Shown: positions 42,556 to 54,980 of the stretch, piece by piece
Position numbering within the stretch: the first letter of the stretch is position 1
Layout: every line of letters starts with the position of its first letter
NCBI GenBank assembly: GCA_963779765.1
Contig: CAVZZP010000002.1
Span: 904,247-968,246, forward strand
From: an uncultured Alphaproteobacteria bacterium
Lineage (GTDB): Bacteria; Pseudomonadota; Alphaproteobacteria; Rhodobacterales; Rhodobacteraceae
Length of the DNA: 64,000 nt
Direction of reading: 5' to 3'
The notes under the pieces: model-generated
Database searches by the model: none
Seen by the model: only the letters and a program-made list of their open reading frames with translations
What the model was told of the DNA's origin: nothing
Translations under genes and position numbers: made by a program

Positions 42556-43911
42556 ATGCGCGCGTTCATGGGTATTCTGGCAGCGGTGATGTTCTGCGCA
42601 ACGGGCGTTCCGGCGCAGGAAGCGACCCGCTCGGCCAGCGTCGCCGAAGTGCGCCTCGCCGCTCGCGCCGCGGCGCTTCAGGGTGATTTCCGGGCGGCGG
42701 ATGCTCTTTCCTCAACCCTTCTTGCGCGCGATCCGAACGATGCCGAGGCCCTTCTGATCCGCGCCGTGGTGGCCCGCGCCGCGGGACAGCCCGCCGCGTC
42801 GGTCGAGGCCGCGACGAAAGCCTACGGACTTCTCGACGAGGACGGCAAGCGCTTCGACGCCGCGATGCTGGCCGCCGAGGGCCATGCCCGACAGGAACAG
42901 TTCACGCGCTCGCAACTCTGGCTGCGCCGGGCCGATCAGGTCGCGCCGAATCCGCAGGCGGAGCAGCTCGTTCAACGCACCTACGGCCAGGTCGCCGCGC
43001 GCAATCCCCTGTCGGTGCAGCTGTCCTTCTCTCTCCAGCCGTCGAACAACGTGAACAACGGGGCCGAGACCACGGTGATCGAGATCGGCGGCCTGCCCTT
43101 CTCTCTCGACGACAGCGGCCGGCAGCTTGGCGGCTATGAGGCGTCGACCGGGGTATCGCTGTCCTTTCGCCTGGCCGAGGACAGGACGCACCGGACCGAT
43201 GTCCTGGGCGAGTTATATTTCCGCAAGGTCTGGCTCGATTCCGACGCGAAGGCCGAAGCGCCGGATGTCGAGGGGTCGGACTTCGACTATGGCGTCGCCA
43301 TCATCGGCCTGCGCGAGACGCGCCTTCTCTGGCCGGACCTCGGACCGACGCAACTGACCGGCCTCCTGGGACAAAGCTGGTATGGTGGCGACGAGCAGGC
43401 TCGCTGGATCGAACTTCAGGGCGCGCAATTGTTCAAGCGGTCCGACACGCTGGCCTTTCGTCTGGGCGCTACGGTCCGTGACGAGACGCGCATCGGAGAC
43501 GCGATCAACGACTCGCTTTCACTCGGGTTGTCGGGCGACGTGATCTTCGCCGGGGACGAAGGCCGCACGACCTCCTTCGGGGCGACGATCAAGAGCTACA
43601 ACTCCGATTCCGCGACGATCGACGGCATGGCCTACGGGTTGAAGGCCAGCCACAGCTTCGGCACCATCGGCTCTGTCCAGCCCTCGATCCGCGCCGCCAT
43701 CGAGACGCGCGATTTCGAGAAATGGAGTTCGACGCCGGGCGGCCGTCGCGACGACAGCCTGTCGCTCGGCCTCAATGTCGTCTTCCCCGAGGTCAGCTAC
43801 TACGGCTTCCTGCCGCAGCTTTCCCTGAACGCGCGTCGCGTCTGGTCGGACGTCGGCATCTATGATCGCAATCAGTTTTCCGTGGGCTTCACGGCCGTCT
43901 CGCGCTTTTAG
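42556..43911 (+). CDS. TPR + beta-barrel outer-membrane protein (Slam/DUF560-like)
   Basis: Signal peptide, TPR-like helices, PSNNVNNG, alternating beta strands, terminal Phe (VSRF). Confidence 0.7.
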   Translation: MRAFMGILAAVMFCATGVPAQEATRSASVAEVRLAARAAALQGDFRAADALSSTLLARDPNDAEALLIRAVVARAAGQPAASVEAATKAYGLLDEDGKRFDAAMLAAEGHARQEQFTRSQLWLRRADQVAPNPQAEQLVQRTYGQVAARNPLSVQLSFSLQPSNNVNNGAETTVIEIGGLPFSLDDSGRQLGGYEASTGVSLSFRLAEDRTHRTDVLGELYFRKVWLDSDAKAEAPDVEGSDFDYGVAIIGLRETRLLWPDLGPTQLTGLLGQSWYGGDEQARWIELQGAQLFKRSDTLAFRLGATVRDETRIGDAINDSLSLGLSGDVIFAGDEGRTTSFGATIKSYNSDSATIDGMAYGLKASHSFGTIGSVQPSIRAAIETRDFEKWSSTPGGRRDDSLSLGLNVVFPEVSYYGFLPQLSLNARRVWSDVGIYDRNQFSVGFTAVSRF

Positions 43912-43978
43912 GCGCGCGCCCCTCGCCTTCCCGCCTCCCCTGTCCTAGGTTTCCCGGCGAATGGAAAAGGAGACGGAC

Positions 43979-44407
43979 ATGGGTATCGAATACCTGCACA
44001 CCATGGTGCGCGTGAAGGACCTCGAGGCGTCGATGGCTTTCTTCGAGCTTCTCGGACTCGAAGAGCGCCGGCGCATCGAGAACGACAAGGGGCGCTTCAC
44101 GCTCGTCTTCATGTGCCCGCCGGGTCAGGAGAACGCCGACGTCGAGCTGACCTACAACTGGGACGGCGATGAGGGGCTTCCCTCCGACGGCCGGCATTTC
44201 GGTCACCTCGCCTATCGCGTCGACGATATCTATGCGCTTTGCCAGAAGCTGAAGGACGCAGGCGTCACGATCAACCGACCGCCGCGCGACGGGCATATGG
44301 CGTTCGTCCGCTCGCCCGACAATGTGTCGGTCGAATTGCTTCAGAGAGGCGATCACCTTGAGCCCGCCGAGCCTTGGGCAAGCATGGAAAACACCGGGCA
44401 TTGGTGA
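43979..44407 (+). CDS. gloA: Lactoylglutathione lyase (glyoxalase I)
   Basis: YLHTMVRV, ELTYNW, FGHLAY, FVRSPDNVSVEL. Confidence 0.9.
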   Translation: MGIEYLHTMVRVKDLEASMAFFELLGLEERRRIENDKGRFTLVFMCPPGQENADVELTYNWDGDEGLPSDGRHFGHLAYRVDDIYALCQKLKDAGVTINRPPRDGHMAFVRSPDNVSVELLQRGDHLEPAEPWASMENTGHW

Positions 44408-45126
44408 CCGACGGTCGAACGCGGCGACGTCTCTGTCTGGGCGTCGCCGCAGCCACATTCTTGGTGTCTCACGCCGCTGACGCGGCCTGTCGACTGTCGC
44501 TCGCGCTGGCGTTGGATGTGTCCGGATCTGTTGATGCGACAGAATACCGGCTACAACTCGACGGTCTTGCCGAGGCACTGACCGATCCCGATGTCGTGCA
44601 GGCCCTTCTCGCGATACCTGAGGCACCTGTCGCACTCTTCGTCTTCGAATGGTCCGCATCCGAATATCAGCGCACTCTTCAGGATTGGATCCTCCTCGAC
44701 GATCCGGCCCGGATCAACTCGGTCGCCTCCGGGCTCAGAGCCTGGAATCGAGGGGCTTCACCGCAGGCGACGGGTCTCGGGGCCGCGATGGCGCACGGCG
44801 CCGCCCGGCTTGCCGAGGGGCCTCGGTGCGACCAGGCCACGCTGGACGTCTCGGGGGACGGCGAGAACAACGACTGGCCGACGCCCGAAGCCCTTCGGTC
44901 CTCGGGTTCCATCGAGGGTCTCAGGATCAATGGACTCGTCATTGCCGAGGGCGACGAGACGGCGGCCTCCCTGTCGGCCTACTTTCGGGCCCGCGTCATT
45001 CAGGGGCCCGATGCTTTCGTCGAGGTCGCGCGTGGGTTCAGCGACTATTCACGCGCCATGCGCCGCAAACTCCTGCGTGAAGTGCAGGGGCTGCCCGTCG
45101 CAATGATCGGCGAAATGGCTCAATAG
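44404..45126 (+). CDS. DUF1194 (vWA-like) exported protein
   Basis: LALDVSGSVD MIDAS motif, LDVSGDG, RKLLRE. Confidence 0.87.
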   Translation: MTDGRTRRRLCLGVAAATFLVSHAADAACRLSLALALDVSGSVDATEYRLQLDGLAEALTDPDVVQALLAIPEAPVALFVFEWSASEYQRTLQDWILLDDPARINSVASGLRAWNRGASPQATGLGAAMAHGAARLAEGPRCDQATLDVSGDGENNDWPTPEALRSSGSIEGLRINGLVIAEGDETAASLSAYFRARVIQGPDAFVEVARGFSDYSRAMRRKLLREVQGLPVAMIGEMAQ

Positions 45127-45617
45127 ATGTAGCGGATCTGCTCGCTCCAGAACCGCTCGATCCGGTTCAGGCCGTCATTTATGGCGCAGATCGCGGAGCC
45201 GCCGATGACCGCGTCGTCCGACATGGTCTCGGCATGGCGCTCGAAGAGGTCGGAGACGACCTTGTGAACGTCGCGCCCCTTGTCGGTCAGGCGCACGCGG
45301 ACGGACCGACGGTCGATTTCGCAACGCTGGTGATGCATGAAGCCCATATCGACGAGCTTCTTCAGGTTGTAGCTGACGTTCGAGCCCTGGTAGTACCCGC
45401 GCGACCGCAGTTCGCCAGCCGTAACCTCGTTGTCGGCAATGTTGAACAGCAGCAGGGCCTGAACGGCGTTGATTTCGAGTACACCGAGGCGTTCGAATTC
45501 GTCCTTGATTACGTCGAGGAGAAGGCGGTGCAGACGCTCGACCATCGACAGGGTGTCGAGATAGTGCCTGCCATAGGCGGGGACCAGTTCCTGGCTCAGG
45601 GGCTGATGCATACTCAT
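45120..45617 (-). CDS. MarR-family regulator (LdtR-like)
   Basis: VERLHRLLLDVIKDEF, RGYYQGSNVSYNLKKL. Confidence 0.9.
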   Translation of the reverse strand: MSMHQPLSQELVPAYGRHYLDTLSMVERLHRLLLDVIKDEFERLGVLEINAVQALLLFNIADNEVTAGELRSRGYYQGSNVSYNLKKLVDMGFMHHQRCEIDRRSVRVRLTDKGRDVHKVVSDLFERHAETMSDDAVIGGSAICAINDGLNRIERFWSEQIRYIY

Positions 45618-45694
45618 ACCGTGACTCCGCGCAATCCTCTGCTCGACGTGCAGAAGTCATCGAAAAATCCCAAGATACCGTTAAATCAAAAGGG

Positions 45695-45943
45695 TCAGGC
45701 CCGTGTCAGGCGCGCGATGAGAGGCAGAAACCGCTCAGGCGCTTCACCCTGCCCGCTGACCCATTGGTACAGGTCCTGGTCGTTCTCGGCGAGGAAGTCC
45801 TCGTAGAGATCGAGTTCGCTGTCCTGCAGCCCGGCACCTTCGGCATCCCAGAAACGACCCAGGATGAGATCCATCTCCTTGGTGCCGCGCCTCCAGGACC
45901 GAACAGTCAGACGACGAAGGCGAATGTCGCGCGTTTCGCTCAT
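45695..45943 (-). CDS. sdhE: Succinate dehydrogenase assembly factor 2
   Basis: RSWRRGTKEMDLILG, ENDQDLYQW. Confidence 0.92.
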   Translation of the reverse strand: MSETRDIRLRRLTVRSWRRGTKEMDLILGRFWDAEGAGLQDSELDLYEDFLAENDQDLYQWVSGQGEAPERFLPLIARLTRA

Positions 45944-45945
45944 GC

Positions 45946-48098
<2,153 letters not shown>

Positions 48099-48102
<4 letters not shown>

Positions 48103-49178
48103 TCGGCCGCCATCGCCACGGCCTCGGGCGCAACCGTGAACGGCAGGAACGCGGCCGTAAATCCGGGGCCAAGTGCGCAGGCAACCATCTGGCCGGTGCG
48201 ACCCTCTTCCAGGACGGCCTTCAGGACGAAGAGAACCGTCGGCGCCGACATGTTTCCCGCCTGCCGCAAGACCTCACGCTCGGCCTGAAGCGACCCTTGT
48301 TCAAGATGAAGGGCCCCTTCGATGGCATCGACCACCTTTGCGCCGCCGGGGTGACAGACGAACCTGTCAACGTCCTCGGCACGTAGCCCGGCCGCTGTCA
48401 GTGCTTCTGCGGTAGCGGCTGCAAAATTCTCGGTCACGAATTGCGGAATCGACCGGTCGAAGATGACGCCAAGACCGGTGTCGTCGACGTCCCATCCCAT
48501 GATCGCCAGCGTGTCGGGCCAGGTTTTCTGAATGCCCCGCCCCAAGGTCACGACCCGACCCGAGGATACATCGGTCGAGAGGCAGGCACCTGCCGCGCCA
48601 TCGCCAAAGAGAACGGTGGCGATGATGTCGGCTTTCTGAAGCCGGTCGGTCCGGAACGACAAAGTGCAGGTCTCGACCACGACCAGAAGAACGCGAGTCC
48701 CCGGCTGCGAAGCGGCGAAGGTGCGCGCGACAGAAAGGCCCGACACGCCGCCTGCGCAGCCCAGACCGAAGACGGGGACGCGCATCACGTCTTCTCGAAA
48801 GCCCATCCGCTTGGAAGCCTGCGCCTCGAGCGTCGGCGTGGCGATGCCGGTTGAGGACACCGTGACGATGCAGTCGACGTCCGACGCCCGCCAGCCGGCA
48901 TCCTTCAGCGCACCCTCGGCAGCGTCGATGAAAAGCTCCACGCCGCCCTCCATGTACCGCGCATTGCGGTCCGCCCAGGCATGGTCGTCCGAGAACCACT
49001 CGAGCGGCACCACGGAGCGGCGCGTCTCGACGCCGGACGTGGTGAATGTCTTGAACAGCCGGTCGAACTGGGGGTAGCGCGGACCCAAGATTTCCTTGGC
49101 GCGTTCCTGCACGATCGTTTGAGGCAGCTCGTGCGGCGGAAGAGCTGTCGCAAGGCCGTGTAGGAATACGTCTGTCAC
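48099..49178 (-). CDS. Type III polyketide synthase (SrsA/BpsA-like)
   Basis: Catalytic triad GLGCAGG, CHPGG, GNMSAP; LFGDGA; GPGF. Confidence 0.93.
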
Positions 49179-49308
49179 TGTGGTTCTCCGGGACTTCAAC
49201 TCATTTGATATAGCTCTCTGGAACGACAGGTCATCTGCTACGGGGTCATCTGGTCAAACGGTGACGCGACTGTTACCGATTCCGCATCCGACAACGGGGG
49301 ACAAAAGC

Positions 49309-49722
49309 ATGTCAGGCGAGCTTCCCGAGTTCTATTTCCGCATTCGGGACGGTGGCGCCGTCGTGTTTCGCGTCGAGACCGAGACGCGCATGCGGCGTAT
49401 CGAGATGACGCAGATCGCGGTCGTCAACACCAAGAACGGAGAGGTGAAGGCGCACGGCACACACGAGCTGTCGTCTGCGGAGGATGCCGCGATCCGCGAC
49501 TGGCTCGCCGAAAGGCAGGCTCTTCTTGCCCGGAGGGAGGTCGACGACATCCTTCGCACGGTGGATCGTCTGAACCTGACTGCGACCTGGGCGCAGCAGC
49601 GCGCAACGCCGGAGGAGTTGGACCAGGTTTCCGACGCGCTGCTTTTGGCGATGCACGATCTGCGGGCAGTTCTGGTGCGGAAGAAAGCAGACAAGCTCAA
49701 GGCGAACGAAGCAGCCGAATAG
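49309..49722 (+). CDS. Conserved hypothetical protein
   Basis: LPEFYFRIRDGGA...LLAMHDLR; GGGGA RBS. Confidence 0.75.
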   Translation: MSGELPEFYFRIRDGGAVVFRVETETRMRRIEMTQIAVVNTKNGEVKAHGTHELSSAEDAAIRDWLAERQALLARREVDDILRTVDRLNLTATWAQQRATPEELDQVSDALLLAMHDLRAVLVRKKADKLKANEAAE

Positions 49723-49723
49723 G

Positions 49724-50203
49724 TCAGTCGCTCCACCGCGTCACGTCGCCCGTAACGCCTTTCCACGCGCCCTCCGTCAGCTCGCGCCCAAGAACGCGGT
49801 CGGGGTTCGTCGGCGGGGGCATCACGACCCCGTCAAGCTTCTCGAATCCGAAGCGGCTGTAATACGGCGCGTCGCCGACAAGCATCACCCTGTCCCAGCC
49901 ATGGGCGCGGTCCAGCGTGCTTTCGATCAGGAAGGCGCCCAGCCCTTCGCCCTGGTGGGTCGGGTGGACCGCGACGGGACCGAGAAGAAGCACGGGCCAG
50001 TCTGAAACCCGGACGGGCCAGTAGCGGATTGCGCCCGCCACGATACCCGCCTCGTCCCGCGCGACGATGCAAAGCTCGGCCACCGGCGGGATTCCGTCGC
50101 GCAATCTGTAGGATGACAGCGCTTCCCGGCCCGGAGCGAAGCAGAGGTCGTAAAGCGATTCGACCTCCCACCAGTCTTCCTTCCGTTCCCGGCTGAGTTC
50201 CAC
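49724..50203 (-). CDS. GNAT acetyltransferase (YhbS-like)
   Basis: LLGPVAVHPTHQGEGLG, LVGDAPYYSRFGF. Confidence 0.88.
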   Translation of the reverse strand: MELSRERKEDWWEVESLYDLCFAPGREALSSYRLRDGIPPVAELCIVARDEAGIVAGAIRYWPVRVSDWPVLLLGPVAVHPTHQGEGLGAFLIESTLDRAHGWDRVMLVGDAPYYSRFGFEKLDGVVMPPPTNPDRVLGRELTEGAWKGVTGDVTRWSD

Positions 50204-50280
50204 CTGCCCGTCCTGCCCTTTTCGGCTGGCCCCGCGCCTAACACATGCGCTAGGTCGGAACAAACCTGATTGGAGCCCGC

Positions 50281-50889
50281 ATGTTCTACCGTCCCGAGGA
50301 AGGTCACGGTCTTCCGCACAATCCGTTCAACGCTATCGTGACGCCTCGCCCGATCGGCTGGATTTCGACGCGCGGCGAGGACGGGTCCGAGAACCTGGCA
50401 CCCTATTCCTTCTTCAACGCCGTCGCCTACGTGCCGCCGCAGGTCATGTTCGCCTCGACCAGTGCGAAGGACGACCGCGACGGCACGAAGGACAGCGTGT
50501 CGAACATCCGAGAGACCGGCGTTTTCTGCGTGAACATCGTCGAATACGCGATGAAGGACGTGATGAACCGCACCTCCGGCCCCTGGCCTAAGGAGGTCGA
50601 TGAGTTCGAACTGGCCGAGATTGCACGGACCGAATGCGAAACGATCGCCTGCTCGCGCGTCGCTGCCGCACCGGCCTCGCTGGAATGCCGGCTGACGGAC
50701 ATCGTCCCGTTGCGAGGTGAGGCGAATTTTCTGGTCTTGGGAGAAGTGATCGGCGTTCACATGCGGGACGACTGCATCAGGGATGGCCGCTTCGACGTGC
50801 TGACGTTTCATCCCCTGACCCGGTTGGGCTACCGCGATTATAGCCAGATCACCGAGCTATTCTCGCTGACGCGGCCGGGCGAAAAGTAG
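50281..50889 (+). CDS. Flavin reductase family protein
   Basis: PRPIGWIST, NLAPYSFFN, KDSVSNI, RLGY. Confidence 0.9.
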   Translation: MFYRPEEGHGLPHNPFNAIVTPRPIGWISTRGEDGSENLAPYSFFNAVAYVPPQVMFASTSAKDDRDGTKDSVSNIRETGVFCVNIVEYAMKDVMNRTSGPWPKEVDEFELAEIARTECETIACSRVAAAPASLECRLTDIVPLRGEANFLVLGEVIGVHMRDDCIRDGRFDVLTFHPLTRLGYRDYSQITELFSLTRPGEK

Positions 50890-50892
50890 GGT

Positions 50893-51321
50893 TCAGTTCG
50901 TCTTCTGGCGCGGGATGAAAGGCAGAGGCAGCGCGGGCACGCCGTCTTCGATCAGCTTTCGCGCTTCCTCGGGCCGGGCCTCACCGTGGATCGACCGGCT
51001 TGGCTTGTCGCCCAGATGCATTGCGCGCGCTTCTTCCGCGAAACGGGTGCCGACGTAGTCCGAATTCTTCTCGACATGCGCCTTAAGGGCCTTGATCGCA
51101 TCGGCCACCTCGGGTGCATTGGTCATCGGCTGCGCGGGTGCGGCGGCCGCCTTGCGGGCCGGCGTGACCTTTGGAGACATTAGGTCCTTGTCGACCTCAA
51201 CCGACGAGCAGGAGGGGCAGGTGACCAACCCGTCGCGCTTCAGCCCGTCGAACGCGTCGTTCGACTGGAACCAGCTTTCGAAGCCGTGGCCGTTGCCGCA
51301 TCTGAGGGCGAACCGGATCAT
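50893..51321 (-). CDS. DUF1178 zinc-ribbon protein
   Basis: C..GHGFESWF...CPSC...YVGTRFAEEAR. Confidence 0.88.
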   Translation of the reverse strand: MIRFALRCGNGHGFESWFQSNDAFDGLKRDGLVTCPSCSSVEVDKDLMSPKVTPARKAAAAPAQPMTNAPEVADAIKALKAHVEKNSDYVGTRFAEEARAMHLGDKPSRSIHGEARPEEARKLIEDGVPALPLPFIPRQKTN

Positions 51322-51396
51322 CGTTCCCTGTCCAAGGTTTCCTGCAAGATCAGGTAAGAAGATTGCCGTTTCTTTGCAATCTCCCGCCGCGACGTT

Positions 51397-53419
51397 TCAT
51401 GCCACAAGTCCGCGTCCGCGCAACAGCGCCTCCGGCCCCGGCATACGCCCGCGAAAGGCGATGTAGAGGTCTGCGGCGTCGCTCGAACCGCCTGCTGACA
51501 GGATGTGCGCTTCCAAAAGTTCGGCGATCTTCGGATCGAAGGGGTCTCCCGCCTCGAGAAATGCCTCGAAGGCGTCGGCATCCATCACCTCGGACCACAT
51601 GTAACTGTAGTAGCCGCTGGAATAGCCGTCGCCCGAGAAGACATGCGCGAAATGCGGCGTCGCGTGACGCATCGGGATGGCGCGTGGCATGCCGAGCGCG
51701 TCCAGCACCTCGGCCTGCCTCTGCATCGGGTCGGCCGGTGCGGGACCGGAGTGAAAGTCCAGATCGACGAGAGCCGACGCAATGTACTCCACCGTCTGAA
51801 AACCCATGTCGTAGGTTGCCGTCGCCAGCACTTTCCGCAACAGCGCCTCGGGCATCGGCTCGCCGGTCTCGGCGTGGGTCGCGAATTCGGCCAGCACGTC
51901 CGGAACTTCAAGCCAATGCTCATACAACTGGCTCGGAAGCTCGACGAAGTCGCGGGCGACAGAGGTGCCCGAAATGCTTTCGTAGGTCACGTCAGACAGC
52001 ATCTGGTGCAGCGCATGGCCGAACTCGTGGAAGAGCGTCCGCGCGTCGTCGTAGGACAGGAGGGCGGGCCGGCCCTCCGAGGGTTTGACGAAGTTGCAGA
52101 CGTTGATGACGACGGGCGCCACCTCCTCGTCCGTCCGGCTCTGGCTGCGCAAGGCCGAGCACCAGGCGCCGGACCGCTTGGAGCCGCGCGCGAAGTAATC
52201 CCCGATGAAGACAGCCAGGTGTCGGTCGTCCCGCGTGATCTCCCAGGCTCGGGCGTCCGGATGGTGCAAGGGCACATCGATCGGCGTGGCTTCGATCCCG
52301 AAAAGCCGGTGCGCCACGGCGAAGGCCGCCTCGATCATTCGGTCCAGTTGGAGATAGGGCTTCAACTCGGCCTCGTTCAGGTCGTGTTCCGCCGCGCGAC
52401 GCTTCTCGGAGTAGTACCGCCAATCCCACGGCTCCAAGGGCCCGGCAATACCGTCGGCGTGAAGCATTTCCGTAAGGCGCTCGCCGTCTCGGTCCGCCGA
52501 CGAACGGGCATGGGTCCAGACCTCCATGAGAAGGTCGCGCACCCTCTCGGGCGTGCCGGCCATTTCGGTCTCGAGCTTGTAGGCCGCGAAGCTGTCATAG
52601 CCCAGAAGGCGGGCGCGCTCGTCCCGCAGCGCCAGGATTTCGGCCGCGATGGCCCGGTTATCCGTCGGCCCGCCATTCGCACCCCGGCTCGTCCAGGCGC
52701 GCCACGCCTTCTCGCGCAGCGCGCGGCTCGGAGAGAACTGCAGGAAGGGCACGATAAGCGAGCGCGACAGCGTGACGACGGCACCTCCCTTGCCCTTTTC
52801 GTCCCCGGCGGAGCGGGCCGCCGACGCGAGGAAGTCGGGGAGCGCTTCGAGATCTTCTTGGGACAGAGACATCGACCAGTCACGCTCGTCGGCGAGAAGG
52901 TTCTGCGTGAACTGGGTTCCGAGGACCGCAAGCCGTTCCTTCACCACCTTAAGCCGGTCCGCCGCCTCGCCTTCAAGCCGAGCGCCGGACCGGACGAAGC
53001 CCCGATGCGTCAGCATCAGGACGCGCGTCTGCTCGTCGGTCAGCTCCAACTCGTTTCTGGCCTCCCACAGCGCCTCGATGCGTTGGAACAAGGGGCGGTT
53101 GGCGGTGATCTCGGACGAATAGACCGCAAGCTTGGGGCTGAAGGACCTCTGAAGCGCCTCGCGGGCGTCGTTCGAGGATGTCGAGGCAAGGACGTAGAAC
53201 GCCGACATGACCTTCGACAACTTCCGGTCGGCAAGCTCCAGCGCTTCGATAGTATTACCGGAAGGACGGCGGCTCGGGGTTCGTCGCGATCTTCGCGATC
53301 CTTGCTCGGGCGTCCGTCAGCGCGGCCTCGAAAGCGGGGTCGAAATCCTCGTCTGCGATGCGGTCGAAGGGGGGAAGACCGAACGGAGTGGTCCAGTCGT
53401 CGAGAAGGGCATTCGTCAT
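51397..53419 (-). CDS. dcp: M3 peptidyl-dipeptidase Dcp; indels near 53250-53310
   Basis: HEFGH zinc motif, DFVELPSQ, GYYSY; N-terminus MTNALLDDWTTPFGLPPF in an offset frame. Confidence 0.92.
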
Positions 53420-53471
53420 GAGAAACTCCTGTCCCCCATAGCTAGGAGGCGACGTGCCGATGATCCAGAGC

Positions 53472-54515
53472 TCAATTCCCGGTCCCGCATACCCGGCAGT
53501 CGCTGCGTCGCTTCACGCCGATGGTGCGGACCTCGGCATAGAGCGCGTCGTAGATCATCAGGCGACCTCGAAGCGGCTCGCCCGCCCGCGCGATCAGTTT
53601 GACCGTCTCGACGGCCATCATTGCCCCCAAGACACCCGGCAACGGTCCGAGGACCCCCCCCTCCGCGCAGGACGGAGCAAGGCCGCTCGCCGCAGGTTCA
53701 GGGAAGACGCAGGTATAGCAAGGCGCGTCGCGCGCGGGATCGAAGATACTGATCTGACCCTCCCACTGGCTGATGGCGGCCGAGACCAGGGGCTTGCCCA
53801 GGGCGACCGCGACCTCATTCACCAGATAGCGCGTGGCGACATCGTCCGTGCCGTCCAGGATTACGTCGTAGTCGTCGAAAAGCTCGGATGCGATGTCGCC
53901 GGTAAGGCGTCGGTGATACGGTCGGACCACGACATGCGGATTCTGCGCAAGCATCGCCTCCCGTGCGGAAAAGACCTTTGGCATCCCGACCCTCGCATCG
54001 GTGTGGATCACCTGCCGCTGGAGGTTGGAGTTGTCGACCACATCGTGGTCGATCACGCCGATGGTTCCCACGCCAGCCGCCGCGAGATACTGAAGCGCAG
54101 GCGCCCCTAGCCCGCCCGCGCCGATGACGAGGACGCGCGCCTCCTTCAGCCGCTTTTGCCCCGGACCGCCGATTTCGCGCAGGACGATGTGGCGGGCGTT
54201 GCGCTCCAATTCGGTCGACGTGGCATCGTGCGCCGGCGACACGGCGTCCGAGGCAGCGGGTCGTGCGCGGTTCCTGAGACGGCGAATCCAGGCCGCGTAG
54301 AGACCTGCGGCAGCGGCTGCCGCTCCGAAGATCAGCCAGACATCCGCGCTTCGGCCCGTTGCCAGCCGCAGAGGATGCTCGTCCGGCAATAGCAGGTGAA
54401 AGCCGAGGACAGCGACATAGAGCGCGATCATCAGGCCGATCCGGCGCGCGCGGGGCACCTTGAGGAACGCGCCGAGAACCCAGAGGGCGGCTGCCAGGGC
54501 GAGAACCAGTACCAT
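53472..54515 (-). CDS. moeB: MoeB/ThiF adenylyltransferase with N-terminal TM segments
   Basis: GAGGLG, SNLQRQ, CYTC and CRVC zinc motifs. Confidence 0.87.
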   Translation of the reverse strand: MVLVLALAAALWVLGAFLKVPRARRIGLMIALYVAVLGFHLLLPDEHPLRLATGRSADVWLIFGAAAAAAGLYAAWIRRLRNRARPAASDAVSPAHDATSTELERNARHIVLREIGGPGQKRLKEARVLVIGAGGLGAPALQYLAAAGVGTIGVIDHDVVDNSNLQRQVIHTDARVGMPKVFSAREAMLAQNPHVVVRPYHRRLTGDIASELFDDYDVILDGTDDVATRYLVNEVAVALGKPLVSAAISQWEGQISIFDPARDAPCYTCVFPEPAASGLAPSCAEGGVLGPLPGVLGAMMAVETVKLIARAGEPLRGRLMIYDALYAEVRTIGVKRRSDCRVCGTGN

Positions 54516-54980
54516 CAGCGCCGCCCAGTGGAGCCGAAGCCGCCCGATCCCCTCGCCGTGTCCGACAGCGCTTCGGCAATCTCGAACCTTGCCTGCACCA
54601 CGGGCGCGACAACGGCCTGTGCAATGCGGTCACCATGTCCAATGTGGACGGGCGCATCACCAAGATTGACCAGAATAACCCCAAGCGGCCCGCGATAGTC
54701 GCTGTCGACGGTGCCTGGCGCGTTCGGGATCGACAGGCCATGCTTCAGAGCGGCCCCCGACCGGGGACGGACCTGCAATTCGAAGCCGTTCGGCACCTCC
54801 ACCATGAGGCCGGTCGGAACAAGCCGCCGTTCTCCGGGGCGAAGAGTCACGCCCGCGCGATCTTCGTCCGGAAAATTGGCGCGAAGAATCCGCTCCCGCC
54901 GCCCCTTCCGTCTCGTAGGCTGGCAGCGGCAGTGCCGTGTCGGCCCCCGGCAGCCAGTTCATCCGCACGACCGGGGTCAT
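54515..54980 (-). CDS. dut: dUTPase; frameshift near 54890
   Basis: [41 protein letters not shown]. Confidence 0.93.

Noticed and set aside
45670-45684. Half-degenerate CtrA site upstream of the MarR/LdtR-like gene
   Set aside because: Only one TTAA half-site matches (TTAA-N7-TTGG), too weak to call.
49229-49252. Direct repeat GGTCATCTG x2 in the PKS divergent spacer
   Set aside because: Only two 9-mers 15 bp apart and no regulator can be assigned; could be chance.
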